In this document: one piece after another, positions 9,010 through 17,410 of the stretch
Numbering within the stretch: the stretch's first letter is position 1
Layout: the number at the start of each line of letters is the position of its first letter
Virus record (IMG/VR): IMGVR_UViG_2881717282_000001
Location: 48,093 to 68,092 of that record
Direction: 5' to 3' (one strand)
From: an uncultured virus (IMG/VR IMGVR_UViG_2881717282_000001)
Lineage: Duplodnaviria > Heunggongvirae > Uroviricota > Caudoviricetes
Length of the DNA: 20,000 nucleotides
Notes under the pieces: generated by a model
Database searches by the model: none
The model's input: the letters and a program-made list of their open reading frames with translations, nothing else
What the model was told of the DNA's origin: nothing
Translations under genes and position numbers: made by a program

Positions 9010-10188
9010 CTATTTTGAATCTTGTTCGTTCTCATCATGTTCAGGCAAAGCATATCCACCAGTCATATCTGATAAAAATGGATAATAGTGGAATGGCTCA
9101 TCCTGACAGATAGCCATAAACATTTCATGCTCATATCCAGTGGTTTGTGGCGTGTATTTTCGATAATATACTTCTTTTTCATCCTTAATGCTTAATGACA
9201 CTCCATCGTCTGGCTTCATTATCCCAACAATTCTTTCGGACGCAGAGTCTCTAAGCATAATAATTGGATACGGAGAATTGAATACCTCAATGCTCTCCTC
9301 CTCCGAACCGTTCATTCGGTCGCAGACAAGAAGGACTTGATATGAATCTTGAATATTGGCTGCATCCACCTCTATATAGTGATAATGATTAACTGGGGAG
9401 CGCATAGCCTTATAATCCTCTTCGCTTCCAAAGAATAAATAAGTTTTCGGGTTATATAATCTATGTGCAACATGTTGATTGTCTACATTGGCGAAAAAGG
9501 TCTCTATGTATGTCTTGGAATCGTCCAAGATACTGCTGCAAAAATTTATTTTCTTTTTCAACAAATCAAGCGCATTTTCTTTGACATGCGGTCTTCCGTC
9601 TTTTTCAAACTCTGGTACTGCAACGCTCCCTTTGACTGCTAAAATATCAAACTTGTTTTCAACATATATCTGACGTCTATGCTTTAATGTATTGTTATAG
9701 TCAGCAATATAGAGATACTCCTGATTAGTTGGCAGCGCAATTACGTCCGTTATAAATTGTCCTGTATATTCAGGGAAAGAAGCCATCTTTCCTGCAACCT
9801 TTGTAAGCGATACTCGCTCCATCGGTAATCCATCTTCTGCAAATAGACTTGCATTTAACCACTGAGCAAACGTGTCAAAGAAATTATGCAATAAGCTCAA
9901 TATCTCCATTGTGAGCTTATCCATAATCACTGTGGGAGATGCTTCCACTCCTAAATAATTAACACTATTGGTATGCGCAGAATATGTTCCTTTACCTTTC
10001 GTGGCTGCATCTCTATAAAATTCTTCTGCCACATCTGTTTCTTTTTTCTGATAATCTGCAACAACATTATTTAATGCCGATAGGCTCAATTGGGCCAAAT
10101 ACAATTTATAACTACATGCTTCATAATACTGATATGCATCAACCATCTTCTTATCTTTCAAAAATTTTATAAACTTGTAATCTGTCAT
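9010..10188 (-). CDS. Hypothetical prophage cargo protein with a putative N-terminal HEPN-like (Cthe_2314-like) domain and an unknown C-terminal domain
   Basis: 392 aa. Helical N-terminal ~230 aa contains 'LHNFFDTFAQWLN' and 'YIADYNNTLKHR', an N-x3-H variant of the HEPN Rx4H motif. AT-rich relative to the phage core. The CDS is solid; the family call is tentative. Confidence 0.5.
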   Translation of the reverse strand: MTDYKFIKFLKDKKMVDAYQYYEACSYKLYLAQLSLSALNNVVADYQKKETDVAEEFYRDAATKGKGTYSAHTNSVNYLGVEASPTVIMDKLTMEILSLLHNFFDTFAQWLNASLFAEDGLPMERVSLTKVAGKMASFPEYTGQFITDVIALPTNQEYLYIADYNNTLKHRRQIYVENKFDILAVKGSVAVPEFEKDGRPHVKENALDLLKKKINFCSSILDDSKTYIETFFANVDNQHVAHRLYNPKTYLFFGSEEDYKAMRSPVNHYHYIEVDAANIQDSYQVLLVCDRMNGSEEESIEVFNSPYPIIMLRDSASERIVGIMKPDDGVSLSIKDEKEVYYRKYTPQTTGYEHEMFMAICQDEPFHYYPFLSDMTGGYALPEHDENEQDSK

Positions 10189-10374
10189 CTAAAACACCCC
10201 TTCACTTTTAAATTTTGCGTATATCTCTAGCATCTGCTTCCCAATGACTTCCGGTTCACACTTGTTAGCTTCGCAAATCATCCTCAAGCCATCCGGTGTA
10301 AGTATTCTTCCGTATGTCCTATCTTCACACAGTTTATTATAATCTTCCAGCTGCTTCTTTGTAATTGTTGGCAT
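10189..10374 (-). CDS. Small hypothetical protein (61 aa), translationally coupled to the 392-aa gene
   Basis: RBS GGAGG before ATG 10374 (MPTITKKQLEDY...GRILTPDGLRMICEA). Its TAG directly abuts the ATG of the next gene. Confidence 0.75.
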   Translation of the reverse strand: MPTITKKQLEDYNKLCEDRTYGRILTPDGLRMICEANKCEPEVIGKQMLEIYAKFKSEGVF

Positions 10375-10413
10375 GTATAAAACCTCCGTATAAAAAAATA
10401 AGCCGGTACGGGA

Positions 10414-10445
10414 CCGACACCTCAAACGACACCCCGACACCTCAA
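10414..10445. repeat. Direct repeats next to the prophage att end
   Basis: CCGACACCTCAA at 10414-10425 and 10434-10445, with a third core CGACACC at 10427-10433. Confidence 0.75.
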
Positions 10446-10448
10446 GGG

Positions 10449-11168
10449 TTATGCAACATTAAATTGTATTAAATAGCGAGTCTTAATTTCGTAAACTTTA
10501 TTGATAGATGTTTTGCCTACAGTTCCCAATTTTGTCAAAAGTACTGAAACCTGTGAAGGTGTGAAAAACTCACCTCCAGACTTACCTGCATTAGACGCAT
10601 ACATAGACATCAAATATTCATAAGCATCTCCAAACGCATCAATATCATGATCTGAGATAGAACCCAGCTTCATATCGCGAATACCAATCAGCAATTTAGC
10701 AAGTCGTTTGTTTCTTTGTGCAACAGTATTTCCCAATTTATTGCTATTAACATCAAAATCATCAAACAATCCAGAAAAATCAGCTTCTGATTCTGTACCA
10801 GATGCGGATTCTTCAATATGTCGGAATACTTTTTCTAATGTTTCGTTTAAGTTTTCATCTTTTTCAGCACGACTACAAACATTGGAAAAAAGTTCACTTG
10901 GCAAGATAAAATATCCCTTTTCATTTACCAGTCCTTCTCGTGCTTCTTCTGCTTCATCATCTGACATTTTTGCATAATCAAAATCGGTGTTTCCTGCATC
11001 CCATTCGCCCTGATTGATATAATATGTCAAATCTTCTGATATATAACGATAAAACATCGTGCCAAGAACATAATTTTTAAAATCCCAACCATCTACGGCT
11101 CCTCGTAGATCATCAGCTATGCTCCATATAGCACGATGTAATTCTTCTCTTTGATTATTATTTGGCAT
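10449..11168 (-). pseudogene. hsdM: Type I restriction-modification methyltransferase subunit, 5' fragment disrupted by prophage insertion
   Basis: 'QREELHRAIWSIADDLRGAVDGWDFKNYVLG', 'DAFGDAYEYLM.MYASNAGKSGGEFFTP'. After 'INKVY' the expected DPACGSG is replaced by EIKTRYLIQFNVA*. Confidence 0.93.
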
Positions 11169-11335
11169 TGTACTCTCCCTTTATATGTTATTAAATGTTC
11201 TCTTTAATGTAAGCGTCAGATAAAACAGTGGATTCCAATTCATCAATAAATCTCCGATAATTTTAGTGAATTCAATTAGAGTTTTTAGAGCTGCTCCAAG
11301 AACTTTAAAAAATTCTAGATCGGAGTCTAAATTAT

Positions 11336-11713
11336 ATGAAGGCTGAATTATCTCCTGTGAAACAGGTGAAGATCGAATACTGGCTTGAAGTGATCCATAA
11401 GTGCCGGGCCAGTGGTCTCACAAATACAGAATTTTGTAAACAGAACAATATCAGTGAAAAAAGCTATTACTATTATCTGGCCAAGATTCGAAAGATGGCG
11501 ATCGAAGATATCCCGAAGAAAAATTCAAATCTTCCAGTTGACTGGTCATCAAAAAATAAAAATACCTGTTTTGAAGAAATACCTGTATCTTCATTGCCTG
11601 CTGCACATACTGATTCCATATCTATCCATATCGGTAATGTGGATATCGAAATGTCAGAAGATGTATCGGAAGAATTTCTGATCAAATTATTTAGAGCGGC
11701 ATCAAAATGTTAG
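11336..11713 (+). CDS. tnpA: IS66 accessory protein TnpA (HTH)
   Basis: 'W...I..CRASGLT...FC..NNISEKSYYYY...IRK'; overlaps tnpB. Confidence 0.88.
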   Translation: MKAELSPVKQVKIEYWLEVIHKCRASGLTNTEFCKQNNISEKSYYYYLAKIRKMAIEDIPKKNSNLPVDWSSKNKNTCFEEIPVSSLPAAHTDSISIHIGNVDIEMSEDVSEEFLIKLFRAASKC

Positions 11714-12060
11714 ATCTAAACAAACTCGATCACATCTATTTAGCTTGTGGTCATACCGATATGCGAAAGTCAATTGATGGTCTTTCCGCCATCGTCCAGG
11801 AAGAATTTCAATTGGATCCGTTTTCAAGCAGTCTGTTTCTTTTTTGTGGAAGGAAGAATGATCGGATCAAGGCATTGTATTGGGATGGTGATGGTTTTCT
11901 TTTGATGTATAAACGTTTGGAAGACGGACGGTTCAGATGGCCTAGAAAACAGAAAGAAGTCAAAGATCTTACACATCAGCAGCTTCGATGGCTGCTGGAA
12001 GGATTAGAGATCGAACAGCCGAAGGTCATCAAAAAAGTCAGTCCAAAAAGTGTGATATAA
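11707..12060 (+). CDS. tnpB: IS66 accessory protein TnpB
   Basis: 'IYLACG.TDMRKSIDGL', 'LFLFCGR...RIKALYWDGDGF.L.YKRLE.GRF.WP', 'LRWLLEGL'. Confidence 0.95.
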   Translation: MLDLNKLDHIYLACGHTDMRKSIDGLSAIVQEEFQLDPFSSSLFLFCGRKNDRIKALYWDGDGFLLMYKRLEDGRFRWPRKQKEVKDLTHQQLRWLLEGLEIEQPKVIKKVSPKSVI

Positions 12061-12106
12061 ATCGCTCAAAAACGCGATATATAAAGCATATTATGGTATA
12101 ATATAG

Positions 12107-13588
12107 ATGATGAAAACAGGCCAGATCAATGATCAAGACTACAAAGAATTATATCTTCAGACAAAGCAGTTATATGCAGATATGATGACTGTATATGATG
12201 AATTGAAGAAACAGGTTGAACTGCTTCAACAGGAAAATTTCTTATTGAAGGAAACCAATGAATATTACCGAAAAAAACTGTTCGGAACCAAAAGTGAGAC
12301 GGCAAGGTCACTTGGTTTTGAGCAGCTTTCTTTATTTGATGAGGCCGAAACGATACTGGGAGAGAATCCCGGATATGTGGATATCACCTATAAACGCAAG
12401 AAGAAACATAAAAAAGTGCCTGGCGAGATCAGTGCAAAATTTAAGAACCTGCCAAAGATCAAACGACTGCTGGATATCCCCAAAGAAGACCGGTACTGTG
12501 AACAATGTGGATCTGAGATGGTCCGTGTCGGTGAAGAGTTCGTACGCAATGAATTGAAGTTCACACCGCCAAAACTGGAACTGGTCGAAGTATATCGAAC
12601 GACATATGAATGCAGAAACTGCAGGAAACATGGCAAGCCCCATATGATTAAAGCAGAAGTACCGGCCAATGTGATACCGCACAGCTATGCATCCGCAGAC
12701 AGTGTGGCATATATCATGGTACAGAAGTATGTGAATGCAGTGACACTTTACCGGCAGGAGCAGACATGGAAGCACCTGGGAGCAGAATTGAGCCGTGCCA
12801 CCATGTCAAGCTGGATGGTCATTGCTGCCAGAGAATGGCTATATCCTTTGATTCGCAGGATGCATTCCATATTGATTGATCAGAAGTATATCCATGCGGA
12901 TGAAACAACGGTCCAGGTGCTCAAAGAAAAAGACAAGAAGAATACTTCAAAGTCATATATGTGGGTATATACAACGCATAAATATTCGAAGACACCGATA
13001 CGATTGTTCGATTATCAGCCGAACCGGAAAGGTATCCAGGCAAAGGAATACCTGGAAGGATTCAGTGGATCATTGATCACCGATGCGTATGCAGGATATG
13101 ATCAGATCAACGGAGTAGAACACTGTTACTGCTGGGCACATCTGAGAAGATATTTCACCGATGCCCTGCCAAAGGATCTGAAGTCAATGAATGCCACCTA
13201 TCCAAAACAGGCCATCGAGAAACTGCAGAAGATCTTCCATGAAGAAGCATTATTAGAAGATCTTGATGCAGAGACCAGACAAAGGAAACGGAAAGAGATA
13301 CAGGCGCCAATGGTCGAAGAATTTTTTGCGTGGATAGAAACAAATAAGGACAAAGTACTTGCGTCATCAAAATGCGGAAAGGCTTTTCATTATGCTCTAA
13401 ACCAGAAAGCAGGACTCATCAAATATCTGGAAGATGGAAATATACCAATGACCAACAGCATAGCTGAAAGAGCTATACGGCCATTCACGGTCGGCAGAAA
13501 AAACTGGCTGTTCAATGGAGGACCACAAGGAGCGAAAGCGAGTGCAGCGATATACAGTATCGTCGAAACAGCGAAAGCGAGAGTGTAA
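12107..13588 (+). pseudogene. tnpC: IS66 transposase TnpC, C-terminally truncated by IS256 insertion
   Basis: Leucine zipper, 'LFG.KSE', zinc finger, 'HADET', 'TDAYAGY', 'CWAHLRR.F', 'NSIAERAIRPF.VGRKNWLF'. Ends at 'SIVETAKA' plus RV* supplied by the IS256 end, and lacks the usual IS66 C-terminal element. Confidence 0.9.
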
Positions 13589-13685
13589 TCTAAACTGTGT
13601 AAGTTAGTTAGATGCGTACGGCTAACTAATGAACACAGTTTTTATTATGCCTATCTCATGATATGGTTGAAGGAGAAAAAGGAAA

Positions 13686-15040
13686 ATGAATGAAATGAGT
13701 AAAATTAAAAGAAATCCCGCCGCTGTCAAGATTGCCAATGAAATCCTTAAAGAATATGACTGTGATTCATTAACCGATATGCAGGATGCTCTCAAAGAAA
13801 TCTTTGGTCCATTGTTTGAAGGCATGCTTCAGGGGGAAATGGACAATCATCTTGGTTATAAATCCAATTCAAAAGAGCCAAAATCTACAAAGAACAGAAG
13901 AAATGGTTCCAATCCCAAAACTTTAAAAACCACAATGGGAGAAGTAGAAATCAATGCGCCAAGAGACAGGAATGGATCCTTCGAACCAGTCATTGTTCCC
14001 AAACGATCAAAGGATGTTTCCGATATCGAAGGAAAGGTATTATCCATGTATGCACGTGGAATGTCACAACGTGATATCTCATCAACGATCGAGGATATTT
14101 ATGGTTTTAAAGTATCACATGATATGATNTCGAAGGAAAGGTATTATCCATGTATGCACGTGGAATGTCACAACGGGATATCTCATCAACGATCGAGGAT
14201 ATTTATGGTTTTAAAGTATCCCATGATATGATCTCGGATATAACCAATGCTATCCTTCCGGAAGTGGAAGAATGGCAGAACAGACCGCTCAAAAAATGTT
14301 ACCCATTTGTTTTTGTCGACTGTATGTATGTTTCTGTCAGAAACGATTATGAAGCCAAAGAAGAAGCCGTTTATGTGATTCTTGGGTATGACCTGCAGGG
14401 ACAAAAGGAAATTCTTGGTTTGTGGATGGATTCCACGGAATCAAAGAACTACTGGATGCAGGTATTTGATGAGATCAAGGCACGAGGAGTCGAAGATATC
14501 TTTTTCATTTCTATGGATGGCGTATCCGGTCTTGAATCGGGTGCCAAAGCTATTTTCCCCGGAGTTGTCGTACAAAGATGTATCGTTCATCTGATTCGGA
14601 ACTCCATCCGATATGTACCAACCAAGGACTACAAAAAATTCACTGCCGATCTTAAAAAAGTATATGGAGCCTCTTCACTAAAAGCAGCTAAGACTGCGTT
14701 CGACACATTCTGCGACAACTGGAAACAATATCCTGGAGCGATCGAAGTATGGAAAAGGAATTTCCTTCATGTAGAACAGCTGTTTGATTATGGATCTGCT
14801 GTTCGAAAAGTCATGTATACGACAAATGCGATCGAATCGGTAAATTCCTCCTTTCGAAAAGTGACGAAAAAAGGGTCATTTCCAAATCATGAAGCTGTAT
14901 TCAAGCTGCTCTATTTACGGGTGAAGGAACTACAGAAAAAATGGGACAAAGGACATTTGAATAATTGGTCGATGGTATTGAATCAATTGTTGGTCAACGA
15001 TCAGTTTAAGGATCGTATCGAAAAGTACATTCAATACTGA
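13686..15040 (+). CDS. IS256-family (Mutator) transposase, artificially split by an assembly join
   Basis: 'EMDNHLGY', 'NRRNG', 'PRDRNGSFEP', 'MYARGMSQRDI', 'EWQNRPL', 'QRCIVHLIRNS', 'YTTNAIES.N'. Removing the 103-bp duplication and the N gives one continuous 416-aa frame. Confidence 0.92.
14026..14232. other. Scaffold-join artefact: 103-bp duplication around N at 14129
   Basis: 14026-14128 is repeated at 14130-14232 with two synonymous differences (CGT/CGG, TCA/TCC). Confidence 0.9.
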
Positions 15041-15167
15041 ATCTTGAAATGATATATATTCCANATAATTGGTCGATGGTATTGAATCAATTGTTGGTCA
15101 ACGATCAGTTTAAGGATCGTATCGAAAAGTACATTCAATACTGAATCTTGAAATGATATATATTCCA
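14961..15167. other. Scaffold-join artefact: 103-bp duplication around N at 15064
   Basis: 14961-15063 is repeated at 15065-15167. Confidence 0.9.
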
Positions 15168-15381
15168 ATTTCCTTGTTTACAATGAGACTCCGCCCCTAA
15201 GAACCCGAAAAAACGGCCAGTCAAAAAAATCAATTTTCAGCTGGCCGTTTTAAGCATACCTTAGGGTCGATCATTATAAACAAGTTTTCTCGGCATAAAA
15301 CATCATTTTAAAAACAAGATCGAGAACTTATCAAAATCGACTATAAAATATTAAATACACACTTTTCTTGACAAACCCATA

Positions 15382-15564
15382 TCAATCGTACTTTTTCATT
15401 TTGCTTTTTTTGTACTCTTCCGGAAATGTATAAGAATTATATTCATCCATGGCCTTTTTTGCATTATCTGGGCATTCTTCAGTTGGTATAAACATATGCC
15501 CCAATTCATGTGTATACCACTCTGGATGTCCACAAAATTTTCTTAAGTTATGGTCTGCTCTCAT
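15382..15564 (-). CDS. Small hypothetical protein (60 aa), member of the small-ORF array
   Basis: RBS AGGTG; MRADHN...PEWY...IPTEECPDNAKKAMDEYN. Stops 3 bp before the IS256 right end. Confidence 0.6.
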   Translation of the reverse strand: MRADHNLRKFCGHPEWYTHELGHMFIPTEECPDNAKKAMDEYNSYTFPEEYKKSKMKKYD

Positions 15565-15699
15565 AATTTAACACCTGCCCTTTTAAAACGTCATCTGCGT
15601 ATTATGATTTCGTCACATTCTGTGCATTATTTACATCTGGAACTAATTCCAAACGAGAATTCCAGTATCTATTACTTGTATGTTTTAGCACATACTTGG

Positions 15700-15819
15700 T
15701 CACTCCTGATTACAACATTCAATACCAAAAGGCTTCATAACGGTCCTTAAATCGCCTTCTGGGTAATAGTCAAATTCGACAATATTATTCGTTTGTTTAA
15801 CGTTCTTTATGATTACCAT
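15700..15819 (-). pseudogene. Short, probably truncated ORF (39 aa) of the small-ORF array
   Basis: MVIIKNVKQTNNIVEFDYYPEG.... From memory, the N-terminus resembles small proteins found after phage minor-capsid genes. Not listed in the ORF track. Confidence 0.4.
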
Positions 15820-16020
15820 ATACGACCTTACCTTTTTAGAATAATCATACAACTTTTCTATGGATTACAGAGGGGGCTTATATAAAAATTTCTAAAACTG
15901 AAGACGGTTCAGGAACGTCGATATGGTGACTTCTCTTCATATCTAATTTCTATTATATATAGAACTAGAACGTTGATTTTTATATCAAAAACAGTAGCAA
16001 TCAATGTGACTTTGTAAGTA

Positions 16021-16194
16021 TCAATATTCGATATCATCATCTAAAGTAAGATATCCAGCCTCATAGACATCTTTCTCTTGCTTTAGGCAATCGTCTATAA
16101 TTTTGATAATTTCATCATCTTCGTACCCTATAAATATCATGGTCGGAAAACCGCCAAACCTTTTATCATATTCTTTGATTTTTTCATCTAGCAT
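16021..16194 (-). CDS. Small acidic hypothetical protein (57 aa)
   Basis: MLDEKIKEYDKRFGGFPTMIFIGYEDDEIIKIIDDCLKQEKDVYEAGYLTLDDDIEY. Confidence 0.7.
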   Translation of the reverse strand: MLDEKIKEYDKRFGGFPTMIFIGYEDDEIIKIIDDCLKQEKDVYEAGYLTLDDDIEY

Positions 16195-16264
16195 TGTAAT
16201 CACTCGACTTTCCTTATGATATCGGTAACTAATTACTCTTTTTCCGCCTAGTTGGCTGTTTTTT

Positions 16265-16432
16265 TTAAAGTCCACATTCTTTTGCAATTTTCTTACATTC
16301 CTCATCGACTTTTCGGTCGAGTTCCTTTGTATCAGGGAAATTTGCTACTTCTTCTGGTGATGGCATCTTGCTATCATCTAAATAATATGACCATATTTCT
16401 TCGGGTTTTATATTCTTTTTTTGGTTTTCCAT
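16265..16432 (-). CDS. Small acidic hypothetical protein (55 aa)
   Basis: RBS GGAGG; MENQKKNIKPEEIWSYYLDDSKMPSPEEV... Confidence 0.65.
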   Translation of the reverse strand: MENQKKNIKPEEIWSYYLDDSKMPSPEEVANFPDTKELDRKVDEECKKIAKECGL

Positions 16433-16570
16433 ATCATTGCCTCCATATAATAAACATCCAGCCATTTAGAAAATTGACGATCAATTGCATTATATTTTCT
16501 GAGTTAACAGATCGTCCATTTTCAACTTGTTAATAACAAGATTAAAATAATCCAATATCAGTAATTCTTA

Positions 16571-16786
16571 TTATCTTTCATACTTTTTGTCTAGATTATT
16601 TTCACAATTCAAACATATAGATCTGAAGCCTATTATTTCTCGAATTTCATTAGGTAGTATTCTTTCTTTAATGTGACGCGCTGCTACTTCTTGAACGTCT
16701 ATACAAGCACCGATACCAATTGTTTTCTTATACAATGGACATTCAACATATTCAGGTATTTCATCCGACTTATTTACTTCTTGCAT
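16571..16786 (-). CDS. Small Cys-containing hypothetical protein (71 aa)
   Basis: MQEVNK...VECPL..KTI....C.DV....ICLNC. Four Cys suggest possible Zn binding. Starts 1 bp after the previous stop. Confidence 0.7.
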   Translation of the reverse strand: MQEVNKSDEIPEYVECPLYKKTIGIGACIDVQEVAARHIKERILPNEIREIIGFRSICLNCENNLDKKYER

Positions 16787-16787
16787 T

Positions 16788-17015
16788 TTAATTATCACCA
16801 TCCCATTTAGGCCAGTCATCGTCATCGTTAGCAATCCGATCCATGATAGCTTCCGCCTCATATGTTTTTTGAGTAGGTTCATCATCGCGTGTCATTGCTG
16901 CTACAGAATAGTCACATAATGCGCCTATCACATCATTTGGATTTTTCATATTGATGATTTTTTCACCATTTGGTACATTCTTTAGTATCCATTTCTTTTC
17001 TTCTTCTAATAGCAT
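16788..17015 (-). CDS. Small acidic hypothetical protein (75 aa), first gene of the array
   Basis: RBS AAGGTGA; MLLEEEKKWILKNVPNGE...DDEPT......EAIMDRI. Confidence 0.7.
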   Translation of the reverse strand: MLLEEEKKWILKNVPNGEKIINMKNPNDVIGALCDYSVAAMTRDDEPTQKTYEAEAIMDRIANDDDDWPKWDGDN

Positions 17016-17114
17016 GATCTCACCTTCTTCTTTTTTGAGTGGCAAGGACACGGGCTTAAACTATGCTACGATGCATAACTAAATGGCTATGATCCTTTCA
17101 AGATTTCTATAATA

Positions 17115-17143
17115 ATTATAACCTTTTGACATTAGACTCACAA
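17115..17143 (-). promoter_or_regulatory. Sigma-70/SigA-type promoter for the small-ORF array
   Basis: Minus strand TTGTGA-N17-TATAAT. Confidence 0.6.
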
Positions 17144-17276
17144 AACATATTTCAAATACGCTCCATATTGCAATTATTTTTTGAATGAAATTTTCCTTTA
17201 ATAGCCACGAGTAGACTCATTACTGCTTGTAGCGTTTATTCATTATTAAAAAATCAATCCATTTTAAAATCACGTT

Positions 17277-17410
17277 TCCCCTTTTTAGTTGTACTTTTTG
17301 GATCAATCTAGACTTTGTCATTTTCACAAAAGCCCCTTATAGTTGTACGAAATCATCAAAAAATGCTTATTTTGAGCACATCTTCTTCCTTTATTAGTTG
17401 TATCGAAACA
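17277..17410. repeat. Three regularly spaced short direct repeats
   Basis: CC-T/A-rich-TAGTTGTA(C), with cores at 17286, 17340 and 17395 (spacing 54 and 55 bp). Confidence 0.6.

Larger units (their letters stand above)
1..10490 (+). mobile_element. Prophage right arm (siphovirus-like, tandem serine recombinases), ending at an att site inside hsdM
   Basis: Gene order is tail, holin, lysin, recombinases, cargo. hsdM homology ends abruptly at about 10489-10490. Confidence 0.85.
11209..13578 (+). mobile_element. IS66-family element, right end missing (interrupted by IS256)
   Basis: Left end GTAAGCGTC at 11209 is typical of IS66 termini; tnpA-tnpB-tnpC order follows. No matching right inverted repeat was seen in the window. 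Confidence 0.9.
13579..15378 (+). mobile_element. IS256-family element
   Basis: Imperfect terminal inverted repeats: left GAGAGTGTAATCTAAACTGTGTA versus right (reverse complement) GGGTTTGTCAAGAAAAGTGTGTA, 15/23 identical. Contains a single DDE transposase. Confidence 0.9.

Noticed and set aside
11707..12060. RNA-guided TnpB nuclease
   Set aside because: This is the 117-aa IS66 accessory TnpB, unrelated to the IS200/IS605 RuvC TnpB.
13686..15040. Two-ORF or programmed-frameshift IS256 transposase
   Set aside because: The split coincides with an N and a 103-bp overlap duplication. Removing them yields a single 416-aa frame, so it is an assembly artefact.
14961..15167. Biological tandem repeat
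   Set aside because: Same 103-bp length and central N as the other join, so it is a scaffold overlap.
17277..17410. CRISPR mini-array
   Set aside because: The conserved core is only about 9-15 bp and degenerate, and there are no cas genes in the window.
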